Source: Gammaproteobacteria bacterium (GTDB lineage Bacteria; Pseudomonadota; Gammaproteobacteria; UBA4575). Taken from it: a stretch of 64,000 bases of DNA. Positions 1 through 9,869 of the stretch are shown piece by piece. The first letter of the stretch is position 1. Each line of letters opens with the position of its first letter. The stretch is from positions 244,470-308,469 of the forward strand of contig OY730298.1 of assembly GCA_963422595.1 (NCBI GenBank), written 5' to 3'. A program made the position numbers and the translations under genes. Below the pieces are notes generated by a model. The model was given only the letters and a program-made list of their open reading frames with translations. It ran no database searches and was not told the origin of the DNA.

Positions 1-15
1 CCGGCGTAATTCTCC

Positions 16-726
16 ATGCTTTTTACGGTGACTGTGGGTATGATTTACGCACTTGATTCCATATATATAATGTCGGTAGAAAAAAACAAGCAGGTAGCCG
101 CCGAAGCGGCCCTGGATTATATACAGGTTGACGACGTGATCGGCGTCGGCACCGGCTCCACTGCGAATTACTTCATCGACGCCCTGGCCACTGTTAAGGG
201 TAAAATTGATGGCGCAGTGGCAAGTTCCGAGGCTTCGGCACAGCGATTAAACCGGCATGGTATACCGGTTTTGGACTTGAATCACGTTGCCGGGCTGCCA
301 CTGTACGTGGATGGGGCGGATGCGGCGACATGTCATAAATACCTGGTTAAAGGCGGCGGAGGTGCCCTGACGCGCGAAAAAATCATCGCCGCTGCCAGTA
401 AAAAATTTGTCTGTATAGTGGATGACTCTAAACTGGTGGAGGTGCTGGGTGGCTTCCCACTGCCCTTAGAGGTAATCCCCATGGCGAGAAGTTACGTCGC
501 CAGGCAACTGGTAAAACAAGGCGGCGTACCGGAGTGGAGAGAGGGGTTTACCACTGATAATGGTAATTTTATTCTGGACATTCATAATCTTGAGATTCTC
601 AATCCGGTGGCCATGGAGCGGGAGTTAAATAACCTTGCCGGCGTCGTGACGGCAGGGATATTTGCCTTGCGCCCTGCGGACGTGCTGATACTCGGTAGCG
701 GGCAGGGCCCCACCAGTATCAGTTAA
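16..726 (+). CDS. rpiA: ribose-5-phosphate isomerase A
   Basis: Translation matches RpiA throughout ([28 protein letters not shown] motifs). The probable real start is the ATG at 70 (MSVEKNK...); the ORF-track start at 16 adds an implausible hydrophobic N-terminus. Confidence 0.9.
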   Translation: MLFTVTVGMIYALDSIYIMSVEKNKQVAAEAALDYIQVDDVIGVGTGSTANYFIDALATVKGKIDGAVASSEASAQRLNRHGIPVLDLNHVAGLPLYVDGADAATCHKYLVKGGGGALTREKIIAAASKKFVCIVDDSKLVEVLGGFPLPLEVIPMARSYVARQLVKQGGVPEWREGFTTDNGNFILDIHNLEILNPVAMERELNNLAGVVTAGIFALRPADVLILGSGQGPTSIS

Positions 727-822
727 AACATCGGTTACCGTGGTTGCCATTAACCGCGCTGTGGAGATGAGAGGGCTACCTCCGCACCTGGTTGAGCGAC
801 CGCGGGGTTGAATGACCGGGGG

Positions 823-1215
823 CTAGCGTTTAGAGTATTGTTCTTTCTTGCGTGCCTTGCGCAAACCGACCTTTTTACGCTCCACCTCGCGGGCATCCCG
901 GGTAAGAAAGCCGTGTTGACGTAACGGTGTGCGCAGGCCTTCATCGTAACGCAGCAGGGCTCGCGCGATACCAAGCTGAATAGCGCCGGCCTGCCCATTG
1001 GCACCGCCGCCTTTTACTTTGACGTCGATATCAAACGTATCAACCAGGTCGGATATTTCAAGCGGCTGGCGAATAATCATGCCCGCGGTCTCGCGTCCGA
1101 AGTAGCGCTCCAGGGCGCGCAAATTAATGGTGATAGTGCCGCTGCCGGGACGCAGGTAGACTCGCGCCGTGGAGCTCTTGCGGCGACCGGTACCGTAAAA
1201 TTGACGTGCCGTCAT
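823..1215 (-). CDS. rpsI: 30S ribosomal protein S9
   Basis: 130 aa with the typical S9 N-terminus ([17 protein letters not shown]) and the basic C-terminus ending KR. It sits immediately downstream of rplM, as in the conserved rplM-rpsI operon. Confidence 0.95.
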   Translation of the reverse strand: MTARQFYGTGRRKSSTARVYLRPGSGTITINLRALERYFGRETAGMIIRQPLEISDLVDTFDIDVKVKGGGANGQAGAIQLGIARALLRYDEGLRTPLRQHGFLTRDAREVERKKVGLRKARKKEQYSKR

Positions 1216-1220
1216 AAATA

Positions 1221-1649
1221 TTAAAGTTCCAGTGTTTGCGGGCTTTGCGCCGCGTGTTTATGTTCAGGGCCTTTATATACTTTCAATTTACGAAACATTG
1301 ATCGTCCCAGTGGGTTTTTAGGCAGCATGCCCCTGACCGCACTTTCAATCACGCGCTCCGGATGCTTTGCCAGCATTTCGCCAAGGCGCGTGGATTTAAG
1401 GTGACCGACATAGCCGGTATAACGGTGGTAGACCTTGTTTTCAATTTTGTTGCCGGTCACGCGCACTTTTTCGGCATTGATAACCACGATGCAGTCGCCA
1501 GTGTCCACGTGCGGTGTATAGATCGGCTTGTGCTTGCCTTTGAGCCGCTTTGCGACCTCACTGGCCAATCGACCCAGAATCTTGTCCGTGGCATCTATAA
1601 GATACCAGTCGCGCTTTACTTCGGCAGGTTTGGTACTGATTGTGGTCAT
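1221..1649 (-). CDS. rplM: 50S ribosomal protein L13
   Basis: 142 aa carrying L13 hallmarks ([24 protein letters not shown]). Confidence 0.95.
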   Translation of the reverse strand: MTTISTKPAEVKRDWYLIDATDKILGRLASEVAKRLKGKHKPIYTPHVDTGDCIVVINAEKVRVTGNKIENKVYHRYTGYVGHLKSTRLGEMLAKHPERVIESAVRGMLPKNPLGRSMFRKLKVYKGPEHKHAAQSPQTLEL

Positions 1650-1734
1650 GGTCTCAGGTTTACAGGTTTAACCGCATCGCAAAGCCGAGCATAGTATCGA
1701 AAAAAGCCCGTGCTGACAAGGGACGTTGCCGCAA

Positions 1735-1767
1735 ATAAAAAAAGCGCGGAAACTTGCAATCCGCGCT
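1735..1767 (-). terminator. rho-independent terminator on the minus strand, downstream of the ferredoxin-like gene and upstream of rplM
   Basis: On the minus strand the sequence reads GCGCGGA-ttgcaagtt-TCCGCGC followed by TTTTTTTATTT: a perfect 7-bp GC-rich stem plus a T-run. Confidence 0.55.
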
Positions 1768-1970
1768 TAATAAGGTCTACCAAAAGTAGTTGGAGGAGTT
1801 CCGATAAGTATTTGTACTATCAGAATATCCGTATGTTCTAATATTTTTTTATTACTGTCAACTAATTTACGGGTTTTTGTCGCTAAATATCTCTATTTAG
1901 CATCTATATTCCTCTAAATAGGTATTAATTGGTGCACATCAGAGGGGCAAAGATGTTGGGTGACAGGGTG

Positions 1971-2276
1971 TCAGATTCTTAAACGCTCGACTATTTCACC
2001 GCCCAGTAAGTGTCTGCTGATGATTTCATCTATATCGCTTTCGTCTTTGTAGGTGTACCAGACGGCATCGGGATAGACCACGGCCACCGGGCCTTCGTCA
2101 CAACGATCGAGACAGCCGGCCTGGTTGACGCGCACGCCGCCCGGCCCGGCAATTTTCAATTGTCTGGTTCTGTTTTTGGCATAGGCGCGCAGCCTTGCAG
2201 CGTCATGATCCTGACAACAGGGCTTGTCTTCGCGTTGATTCAGGCACATGAAAAGGTGGCGTTGGTAGTAACACAT
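1971..2276 (-). CDS. thioredoxin-like (2Fe-2S) ferredoxin domain protein
   Basis: 101 aa with spaced Cys residues (C..C...C, AGCLDRCDEGPV) resembling thioredoxin-fold [2Fe-2S] ferredoxins. The family assignment rests on memory of the motif only. Confidence 0.55.
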   Translation of the reverse strand: MCYYQRHLFMCLNQREDKPCCQDHDAARLRAYAKNRTRQLKIAGPGGVRVNQAGCLDRCDEGPVAVVYPDAVWYTYKDESDIDEIISRHLLGGEIVERLRI

Positions 2277-2420
2277 GATTGGGTTATATTAAGGCAAATT
2301 ATTGGTCATTGTTGAATATTTAAATTTATCGGCGTGAACGGGATGAACAGGATAATCGTAATAATTGTTATTCAGTACCGGCACCGGGGCCGGTCTCTAT
2401 GTGGGTAATTCTGTTTTAGC

Positions 2421-3734
2421 ATGATTATGGCCATGGCTGTATTATCTGAATATTCAACAAGTGATGCTGACCATGGCTTTGCCAGGCAGGATGTTATCAG
2501 GGCCGCGGATCAATGCGTGATGTGTGGCTTGTGTCTGCCGCATTGTCCAACCTACGCGGTGGCGCGCAATGAAGCTGAATCTCCGCGTGGGCGTATCGCC
2601 CTGGTGCGTGCCTTACATGAGGGTGTATTACCGCCGACCGCAACTTTGGTACGGCATCTCGATCAGTGCGTGGGTTGCCTGAGTTGTCAGACGGTGTGTC
2701 CGGCAAACGTGCAATATGAAATGATTCTTGATGCCGGACGCGCCGTTACCCGCAAACGACACTCCTGGCTATACCGATTGAAGCAGTCGCTGCTGTTTTT
2801 GGTGTTAACTCAAACCCACGTCCGCAGTTGCGTTAAAAACGTACTTGGTATGTGTCGTTTGCCGGGTATTTACCAGTTATTAATCCGGCTTGCCACAAAA
2901 TTTCCGCACAGGTTGCGCGTATTCAGGTTCATTCCACCACCACAAAAAGCCGATTTTGCAACCACCGTTGCCAAATTACCGGCGACTAATGCTGATGTTG
3001 AAACCCGGGTGGCTCTGATAAATCCGTGCGCGAGTGAGCTGTTTGCAGATACCAGCAGGGCGGCAGCGGAGGTTGTCCTGCGAGCCTTACGCTGCACCGT
3101 AGTGGTAATAAACCCGGTGTGCTGCTGCGGTGCCTTGCACCAACACAGCGGTTACTTGAAACAGGCCAGGCTGTTAATGCGTAAGTTCTCGCGCGCCTGC
3201 TCCGAGCAGCACTGTGACGTATTGGTTTCTATGGCTACCGGCTGCGGTGCGCACTTAAACCGTTATCCGCAATTATTAAACGAGGCCGCGACAGCCAGTC
3301 TCATCCACAAGCATATGGATGTTAATGCCTTTGTGTTGCAGGAGATTAATAAGCACGACTTGAAATTTAAGCCGCTGCCAAGGCAGGTGTTTGTCCATAA
3401 ACCCTGCACTCAAAGCCTGGCTGCTGAAAACGCGCAGGTGGTGGAGACGTTGCTTAACAGGATTCCGCGTATCAAACTCAGATTTTTTCAGGACGAATTG
3501 AGTTGTTGTGGCGCCGGCGGCATCAATACGCTCACGCAGGTGCAACTTGCGGATAAGTTAATCCATAATAAAATTGCCGAATTACAATGCAGCGATGCCG
3601 CGTACCTGGTCACCAGTAACGTTGGCTGCGCACTGCATTTTCGGACGCAGTTACGGCACCGCAACCAACCCATTGTCGTCTGCCACCCGATCAGCCTGTT
3701 GGCGCAACAACTGCTATACTCTGCACGTGCGTGA
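2421..3734 (+). CDS. Fe-S oxidoreductase of the GlcF / heterodisulfide-reductase (CCG domain) type
   Basis: The N-terminus has two 4Fe-4S ferredoxin motifs (CGLCLPHCP and CVGCLSCQTVCP). Cys-rich CCG-like motifs follow (CCCGA, CTQS, SCCGAGG), as in the glycolate oxidase Fe-S subunit GlcF or GlpC. Confidence 0.75.
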   Translation: MIMAMAVLSEYSTSDADHGFARQDVIRAADQCVMCGLCLPHCPTYAVARNEAESPRGRIALVRALHEGVLPPTATLVRHLDQCVGCLSCQTVCPANVQYEMILDAGRAVTRKRHSWLYRLKQSLLFLVLTQTHVRSCVKNVLGMCRLPGIYQLLIRLATKFPHRLRVFRFIPPPQKADFATTVAKLPATNADVETRVALINPCASELFADTSRAAAEVVLRALRCTVVVINPVCCCGALHQHSGYLKQARLLMRKFSRACSEQHCDVLVSMATGCGAHLNRYPQLLNEAATASLIHKHMDVNAFVLQEINKHDLKFKPLPRQVFVHKPCTQSLAAENAQVVETLLNRIPRIKLRFFQDELSCCGAGGINTLTQVQLADKLIHNKIAELQCSDAAYLVTSNVGCALHFRTQLRHRNQPIVVCHPISLLAQQLLYSARA

Positions 3735-4368
3735 TTATAACTTTATTGATCGCTTGTTGGCACAGGTTGGGCAGGGGTTGCGTACTGCGCTGGCAACCCC
3801 CAATGTGCAGTCTGCACCATCACCAGCCGACCGGATTAACTCGAAGACGGAGTTAAACCACGCCGATAAACGGCTTTCTGCGCAACTTATGCGCGTAAAC
3901 CACGCTGGCGAGATTGCCGCGCAGGGGCTTTATCACGGGCATGCGTGCACCGCGCGCGACCAGATAATAAAACAAAAAATGCGCGCCTCGGCCGCCGAAG
4001 AGCAGGCTCATTTGAGCTGGTGTGAACAACGACTCGCGGAACTGGGGCATCGTCCCAGTGTACTGAATCCACTTTGGTATGTGGGTTCTTATGCCATCGG
4101 CGCGGCCACCGGCGCCTTGGGTGATAAATGGAGTCTGGGGTTTATCTCGGAGACGGAACGACAGGTGGTGCAACACCTTGACAGGCATCTTGCGCGCCTG
4201 CCGAAGCGGGATGAGAAGAGTCGCGCTATCTTGTCAAAAATGCGTGAGGATGAGGCCCGGCACGATAAGGCCGCGCAGGATGCCGGCGCACATGAGCTTC
4301 CAAAACCCGCCAGGTTGTTGATGGGCGCGGCATCGAAGGTAATGACTAATACCGCTTATTGGCTGTAA
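3727..4368 (+). CDS. coq7: demethoxyubiquinone hydroxylase Coq7 (di-iron ubiquinone biosynthesis monooxygenase)
   Basis: Coq7 motifs are present (IDRLL, RVNHAGE, EExxH ligand pairs, LSKMREDEARH). The proposed start is the GTG at 3727, giving MRDYNFIDRLL, which matches Coq7 N-termini; it overlaps the upstream stop by 8 nt. The ORF-track start at 3574 lies inside the upstream gene. Confidence 0.85.
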   Translation: MRDYNFIDRLLAQVGQGLRTALATPNVQSAPSPADRINSKTELNHADKRLSAQLMRVNHAGEIAAQGLYHGHACTARDQIIKQKMRASAAEEQAHLSWCEQRLAELGHRPSVLNPLWYVGSYAIGAATGALGDKWSLGFISETERQVVQHLDRHLARLPKRDEKSRAILSKMREDEARHDKAAQDAGAHELPKPARLLMGAASKVMTNTAYWL

Positions 4369-4374
4369 CCGCCC

Positions 4375-5262
4375 CTAGTCGGGGCCGTTACGCGCATAAA
4401 ATATGTCGTCCATTTCCTGTTTGAGCTGCTGCCTGATGGCGGCTAACTGATGCGCCTGCAATGCATTTCTGTCGTTTCCAAACAGGTAGTTGTCTATGTT
4501 GAAATGGCGTAACAGCATTTTGGTATGAAAGATGTTTTCCGACGCCAGGTTCATGTCTGTCATGCGGTACTGCTTGCTGATACGAGCCGATAAAAAATCC
4601 TGCATTGAGCGAATGTCATGATCGAGGTAATATTTCCGTCCGGCCGTGTCGCGCGTAAATCCGCGCACCCGATAGTCCAGTATCACGATGTCTGCGTCAA
4701 AACTGTCGATCAGATAGTTCAGGGCCTGCAGCGGAGATACGCGCCCACAGGTGGATATGTCCAGGTCGGCGCGAAACGTGTTAATGCCGTTACCGGAACG
4801 ACACTCGGGATAGGTATGCGCCGTTACGTGGCTGGTATCCAGGTGCGCCATTGCCGATTTTTTTAACGCGCCGACTGCCACCTCCGCGCGCGCGTTGCGC
4901 CGGGAGGTAGCAGCGGCAGTCATCACTGGCTGTTCCGAGATCAGGCAGGCAACACTGGCACCACGTGGTTCATAGTCGTGCGTGGCTACATGTAAAATAT
5001 TGGCGCCGATGATTGCGGCAACTTCGGCAAGTACCCGTTGTAAGCGTCGCGTGCCGTAGGTTGCATCTATATATTGCAGATATTCCCGTTGCTGCGTCGG
5101 CGTTTGCGTATAACGAATATCATAAAAATTAATACTTAAGGTCTTGGTAATGTGGTTAAGCCCAGGTGCCTTGATGGCAGTATCTCTGTAGATGTCGTGG
5201 TTGCCGGAAGATTTGCCACGTCGGGTGGCGTTAGTTGTCAGCTTCCAGTATTGCATAATCAT
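4375..5262 (-). CDS. speD: S-adenosylmethionine decarboxylase proenzyme (class II, SpeD)
   Basis: The HITKTLSINFYD region aligns with E. coli SpeD (LTKSLSFCIYD), and the rest is collinear. The N-terminus is about 25 aa longer than E. coli and overlaps the 3' end of the upstream gene, so the exact start is uncertain. Confidence 0.85.
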   Translation of the reverse strand: MIMQYWKLTTNATRRGKSSGNHDIYRDTAIKAPGLNHITKTLSINFYDIRYTQTPTQQREYLQYIDATYGTRRLQRVLAEVAAIIGANILHVATHDYEPRGASVACLISEQPVMTAAATSRRNARAEVAVGALKKSAMAHLDTSHVTAHTYPECRSGNGINTFRADLDISTCGRVSPLQALNYLIDSFDADIVILDYRVRGFTRDTAGRKYYLDHDIRSMQDFLSARISKQYRMTDMNLASENIFHTKMLLRHFNIDNYLFGNDRNALQAHQLAAIRQQLKQEMDDIFYARNGPD

Positions 5263-5662
5263 AGGATATATCTACGCTGCTACGTAACATTATTGCCACC
5301 GAGCAGTATTTTTGCATGGATAGCTCTACGGCGCGCTTTACAAACCTTGCGTTCAGATTTGTGCCGCCCACCACAAAGTGCAGGTGAACGTGGGTAAATA
5401 CGGCTGGAATTTTGTCGGCACGTGTGGCTTCTATGGTGATGTGACAGTCTGCTACGGATTGTTGCGACTTTTGCAATATCTCTACCACGTCAAAGGCGCT
5501 GCATCCCCCCAGGCCTGCCAATACCATTTCCATGGGGCGCGCCGCCAGATTCTGGCCACCATGGTGCGGCGGTCCATCCATCTGAATGGTGTGCCCACTG
5601 CCGGTTTCGGCTATAAACCGCCGCTGCCCTATCCATTTAATTTGCACTTTCATGGTTATCAC
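5231..5662 (-). CDS. OsmC/Ohr family peroxiredoxin-like protein
   Basis: About 140 aa with the OsmC-type fold signature (GGPPHHGGQNLAARPMEMVLAGLGGCSAFDVV) and the two conserved Cys residues. The start is probably MKVQIK at 5653. Confidence 0.8.
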   Translation of the reverse strand: MITMKVQIKWIGQRRFIAETGSGHTIQMDGPPHHGGQNLAARPMEMVLAGLGGCSAFDVVEILQKSQQSVADCHITIEATRADKIPAVFTHVHLHFVVGGTNLNARFVKRAVELSMQKYCSVAIMLRSSVDISYDYAILEADN

Positions 5663-5889
5663 TCGTTATGCATAAGCCGGCCCACCGGGTAACACTGTCA
5701 ATGCTGGCAATCTTTGTAACATAATGTCAAGCCACCAGAGCAGAAAATGGACTGGCAGCGGTGCCGGCACATATCAGGACGTGGTATAAATAATCACACC
5801 GGGTAAGTCACTATGCGGATATTTTCTGCTATACTTTTCAGTTTAGCTACATTAAGCTCCCAACGTTCTGGCTTCAAGGTTGGTATTGA

Positions 5890-7692
5890 ATGGACGAGAC
5901 TCAACAATCCAGTATTAAACAGCTCATCGCAAAAGGTAAGGAGCAGGGCTTTCTTACTTATACCGAGGTAAATGATCATTTACCCAGCGGCATCGTCGAT
6001 CCTGAACAAATCGAAGGTATCGTAAGCATGATTAATGACATGGGCATTAATGTGCACGAACAAGCACCTGATGCTGATAGTCTGTTGCTTACCGATGATG
6101 CTGCTACGGATGACGACGTGGTGGAAGAGGCCGCGGCCGCACTGGCTACCGTGGATAATGAATTTGGCCGCACTACCGACCCGGTGCGTATGTATATGCG
6201 CGAAATGGGCATTGTCAACCTGCTGACTCGTGAAGGCGAAATTAAAATTGCCAGGCGTATAGAGGATGGCCTGCGTCAGGTGTTATCAGCGATTGGGCAT
6301 TATCCGGCTACCATAGAAAAATTGTTGGCTTTCTACGCCAGCGTGAAGTCCGAAAAGCTGCGTTTAACTGACATTATGGTTGGTTTTGTTGATCCGAATG
6401 AAAATGCCAACGTGGTGCGCCCCCCCTCTACACCGGCAAACCAGGCTAAAAAAAATGAAAAAAACAAAAACGATGATGAACCGGATACCGGTCCCAGCCC
6501 TAAAGAGGTGCGTGCCTATTTCAGGAAAATGGAGAGGCTTTACACCAGGCTTTGCAGTGCCAGTAATAGCTCTAAAAAACGCAGCAAGCTGCGCGAACAG
6601 CTTGCGCAGCACTTCACTCACGTCAAGCTGGTGCCGAAACTGGTAGATCTGCTTACCACTGATCTGTGTAATATGGTGGATCGCATCCGTGCGCATGAAC
6701 GACTGATCATGCAGGTTTGCGTGCGTGAGGCAAAAATGCCGCGCGCGAAGTTTGTGCAAACATTTACCAGTAATGAGACCAACACGGAATGGGTTGCTGC
6801 ACATGCCAAATCGCGCGCGAAATACAAAAAACGCCTGCTCAGTCTGGAGTCTGTAATTGTAAAGGAGCAGGAACGACTTGTTGCCGTTGAAAATGAGACT
6901 GGCCTGACTATAAGCGAGATCCGCGACATTAATCGCCGTATGTCGACTGGTGAAGCCCAGGCGCGGCGCGCCAAGAAGGAAATGGTTGAGGCTAATCTGC
7001 GTTTGGTTATTTCCATCGCCAAGAAGTACACTAACCGGGGCTTGCAGTTTCTGGATCTGATTCAGGAGGGTAACATCGGTTTGATGAAGGCCGTGGATAA
7101 GTTTGAGTACCGTCGTGGTTATAAATTTTCTACCTATGCCACGTGGTGGATCCGGCAGGCCATTACCCGTTCGATTGCGGATCAGGCGCGCACTATTCGC
7201 ATCCCCGTGCATATGATTGAAACTATAAATAAGCTGAATCGTATTTCTCGTCAGATGTTGCAGAAAATGGGGCGTGAACCTACTCCGGAGGAGTTGTCTG
7301 AACGTATGGAAATGCCCGAGGATAAAGTGCGCAAGGTCTTAAAAATTGCCAAGGAGCCAATTTCTATGGAAACCCCGATAGGCGATGATGAGGATTCTCA
7401 TCTTGGTGATTTTATTGAAGATTCAACCGTCGAGTCGCCAGTCGATTCCGCTGCCTTTGAGGGCTTGGGTGAGGCTACGCGCGGGATTCTGGCTTCCCTT
7501 ACGCCGCGTGAGGCTAAGGTGTTACGTATGCGTTTTGGTATTGATATGAATACCGATCATACGTTGGAAGAGGTGGGTAAGCAGTTTGACGTGACGCGCG
7601 AGCGTATTCGCCAAATCGAGGCGAAGGCCTTGCGCAAATTAAGGCACCCAAGCCGTTCGGAACAATTACGCAGTTTTCTTGAAGCAGAGTAG
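5890..7692 (+). CDS. rpoD: RNA polymerase sigma-70 factor RpoD
   Basis: 600 aa containing regions 1.1, 1.2, 2 ([17 protein letters not shown]), 3 and 4 ([29 protein letters not shown]). An acidic, Lys-rich non-conserved insert is present, as is typical of the primary sigma factor. Confidence 0.97.
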   Translation: MDETQQSSIKQLIAKGKEQGFLTYTEVNDHLPSGIVDPEQIEGIVSMINDMGINVHEQAPDADSLLLTDDAATDDDVVEEAAAALATVDNEFGRTTDPVRMYMREMGIVNLLTREGEIKIARRIEDGLRQVLSAIGHYPATIEKLLAFYASVKSEKLRLTDIMVGFVDPNENANVVRPPSTPANQAKKNEKNKNDDEPDTGPSPKEVRAYFRKMERLYTRLCSASNSSKKRSKLREQLAQHFTHVKLVPKLVDLLTTDLCNMVDRIRAHERLIMQVCVREAKMPRAKFVQTFTSNETNTEWVAAHAKSRAKYKKRLLSLESVIVKEQERLVAVENETGLTISEIRDINRRMSTGEAQARRAKKEMVEANLRLVISIAKKYTNRGLQFLDLIQEGNIGLMKAVDKFEYRRGYKFSTYATWWIRQAITRSIADQARTIRIPVHMIETINKLNRISRQMLQKMGREPTPEELSERMEMPEDKVRKVLKIAKEPISMETPIGDDEDSHLGDFIEDSTVESPVDSAAFEGLGEATRGILASLTPREAKVLRMRFGIDMNTDHTLEEVGKQFDVTRERIRQIEAKALRKLRHPSRSEQLRSFLEAE

Positions 7693-7720
7693 ATTTTCAT
7701 TCCTGTGTCTGTATCTCAAG

Positions 7721-7797
7721 GGGCCCGTAGCTCAGTTGGTCAGAGCAGAGGACTCATAATCCTTTGGTCGTAGGTTCGAGTCCTACCGGGCCCACCA
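7721..7797 (+). tRNA. tRNA with CAU anticodon, most similar to tRNA-Ile2 (lysidine, ileX-like); elongator tRNA-Met is not excluded
   Basis: Cloverleaf: acceptor GGGCCCG/CGGGCCC, D-arm GCTC..GAGC, anticodon loop cTCATAAt, T-arm GTAGG TTCGAGT CCTAC, and a 3' CCA. G1-C72 is paired, so it is not an initiator. The anticodon stem-loop GACTCATAATC and variable loop TGGTCG match E. coli ileX, which also lies next to rpoD. Confidence 0.85.
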
Positions 7798-7890
7798 GTA
7801 ACGTCGGTTGGCTGTAGAGTTAGAGGTTTTTACTCCGGCACTGGTGAGCCCTGTTTGCCATTGATCTGGCGCCGCTATGCTGGTGATGCT

Positions 7891-8655
7891 TTATTGTTTT
7901 AGCCGATAGCCGGTCTTGAATATCCACCATACGATGATGAGACTGCCGGCTGTAAATAGTAGTACTATGAATAAGCTGACCCCAGGGCTGACGTCCGCGA
8001 CTTCGTAAAAACTCCAGCGAAAACCGCTTACTAAATATACTACTGGATTGAACAGGCTTACGGTTTGCCAGACCGGGGGCAGCATGTCAATGGTGTAGAA
8101 ACTGCCGCCCAGGAATACTAATGGCGTGATTATCAGCATGGGAATGAGTTGCAGTTTTTCAAAATTGTCGGCCCAAAGCCCGATGATGAATCCGAGCAGG
8201 CTGAAGGAAATGCAGGTTAGTAGTAGAAAGCCGAGCATCCACACGGGATGTGCAACGTTAAGCTCGACAAAAAACCCTGCGGTCGCCAGAATAATGGCGC
8301 CTATCAGTAAGGATTTGGTGGCTGCCGCACCAACGTAGCCTATCAGAATTTCAATAAACGACACTGGCGCCGATAATAGTTCATAAATGGTGCCGGTGAA
8401 GCGCGGAAAATAAATACCGAAAGAGGCATTCGCGACGCTCTGCGTGAGCAAGGCGAGCATCATCAAACCGGGCACAATAAAGGCCCCGTAAGAAATACCT
8501 TGCACGGTTTCTATGCGTTCCCCGATGGCCGAACCAAATACCACAAAGTACAGCATGGTAGAAATAACCGGCGCCGCAAAACTCTGCATCACTGTGTCCC
8601 AGGCGCGCAACATTTCGTATTTATAAATCACCCGCACGGCATGAGTATTTATCAT
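7891..8655 (-). CDS. ABC-2 family transporter permease
   Basis: 254 aa with six predicted TM helices and an ABC-2 (YadH/NodJ-like) fold. Its start overlaps the stop of the upstream ATPase gene. Confidence 0.8.
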   Translation of the reverse strand: MINTHAVRVIYKYEMLRAWDTVMQSFAAPVISTMLYFVVFGSAIGERIETVQGISYGAFIVPGLMMLALLTQSVANASFGIYFPRFTGTIYELLSAPVSFIEILIGYVGAAATKSLLIGAIILATAGFFVELNVAHPVWMLGFLLLTCISFSLLGFIIGLWADNFEKLQLIPMLIITPLVFLGGSFYTIDMLPPVWQTVSLFNPVVYLVSGFRWSFYEVADVSPGVSLFIVLLFTAGSLIIVWWIFKTGYRLKQ

Positions 8656-9566
8656 TCGCTGTTTACCAGGTTGATAAAGATGTCTTGCAGGGAGGTCTGT
8701 GAGGTAACAATGTCTTTAAGCGATAGTTCGGCGTGCTCTAAGGCACGTAGTAATTCGGCGATGCCCGCAGGCGCGCTGTATGTGTACGTGAGCCGCGTGC
8801 CTTGCGGTGATAATTCCAGCGCCCAGGGGGATAAAGATTCAGGAATTACTGTTATCGCCTGTTCTAACTCGATGACCATTTGACGCTTGCCCAATTCATG
8901 TTTCAGCTTTTCTTTGTCGTCAATAATCAATAATTTACCTTTGTTGATCACGCCGACACGGTCAGCGATGGCTTCGGCCTCTTCTATGTAGTGTGTGGTT
9001 AAAATAATCGTGACGCCAGATTGTCGCAGTCGTGCCACGATGTTCCACATGTTTTTGCGCAATTCAACGTCTACGCCAGCGGTGGGCTCGTCTAAAAATA
9101 ATATGCGGGGTTGGTGGGATAATGCCTTGGCAATCAGTACGCGGCGCTTCATGCCGCCTGATAACAGCATGATTTCACTGTCTTTTTTATCCCAAAGGGA
9201 TAAATCTTCAAGTAGCCGTTTGAGGTAGACGGTATCGGGACTCTTGCCAAATAACCCCCGACTGAAACACACTGTATTCCACACGGTGTCGAACATGCCC
9301 AGGGTGAGTTCCTGCGGCACCAGTCCGATCATGCTGCGGGTAATGCGATATTTGTCGGTGATGTCATGCCCGTCTACGGTTACTGAACCTTCACTACTAT
9401 TTACAATTCCACAAATTATTGAGATTAACGTGGTTTTTCCGGCGCCGTTAGGGCCAAGTAAAGCCAGGATTTCACCTGCGCGAACGTCTAAATTTATGTT
9501 GCTAAGTGCGCGCTGTCCGCTGGCGTAGACTTTGGATAAATTGGAGATTGAAATTATTGAGCGCAT
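8652..9566 (-). CDS. ABC transporter ATP-binding protein
   Basis: Walker [10 protein letters not shown], signature LSGGMKRR, Walker B ILFLDEPT. Translationally coupled to the permease gene. Confidence 0.9.
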   Translation of the reverse strand: MRSIISISNLSKVYASGQRALSNINLDVRAGEILALLGPNGAGKTTLISIICGIVNSSEGSVTVDGHDITDKYRITRSMIGLVPQELTLGMFDTVWNTVCFSRGLFGKSPDTVYLKRLLEDLSLWDKKDSEIMLLSGGMKRRVLIAKALSHQPRILFLDEPTAGVDVELRKNMWNIVARLRQSGVTIILTTHYIEEAEAIADRVGVINKGKLLIIDDKEKLKHELGKRQMVIELEQAITVIPESLSPWALELSPQGTRLTYTYSAPAGIAELLRALEHAELSLKDIVTSQTSLQDIFINLVNSE

Positions 9567-9869
9567 GACGTCAAGCGATAAAATTCTGGTGGTTGGCAGT
9601 TGCGGTAAAGAGCTATGTTACCGAAGTTATGTGACGACTCATAATCAGGGCCTGTGCGCCGCTGCCTGAAGGTACGTCAGTGTTTGCCGCGTTGCCGCTT
9701 ACATGACCCAACCGGAGGATACGCCTCCGCTGGTTTCGGCACTGGTTGTTATGCGCCGTTATCGCTCTGGTGTCTGTCTGTAATAAGCAAAGACGATGGG
9801 GTTATTTTTGTTATTATTTATGCGCGGCCGCGGAGTTAATGTAACGATAGAGAGCGGGGGAGTTATTTT

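Noticed and set aside
1362-1694. 110-aa ORF on the plus strand, plus many similar antisense or embedded ORFs in the track (e.g. 2010-2315, 6364-7212, 13073-13381, 14694-14987, 18878-19324, 20536-20859, 25017-25259, 51560-51993).
   Set aside because: They overlap strongly supported genes on the opposite strand or another frame (rplM, ferredoxin, rpoD, aceF, aceE, metY, the repeat protein, gpmI, purE). They have no recognisable motifs and are frame-shadow ORFs.
5663-5889. Searched for the rpsU-dnaG-rpoD operon context and a clear rpoD promoter.
   Set aside because: dnaG is not upstream here (an OsmC-family gene is, on the opposite strand). No convincing -35/-10 pair could be assigned by eye.
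7721-7890. tRNA gene considered as an integration site for a genomic island.
   Set aside because: No integrase, no direct repeat of the tRNA 3' end, and the adjacent genes (ABC transporter) look core. The rpoD-ileX adjacency is ancestral synteny.
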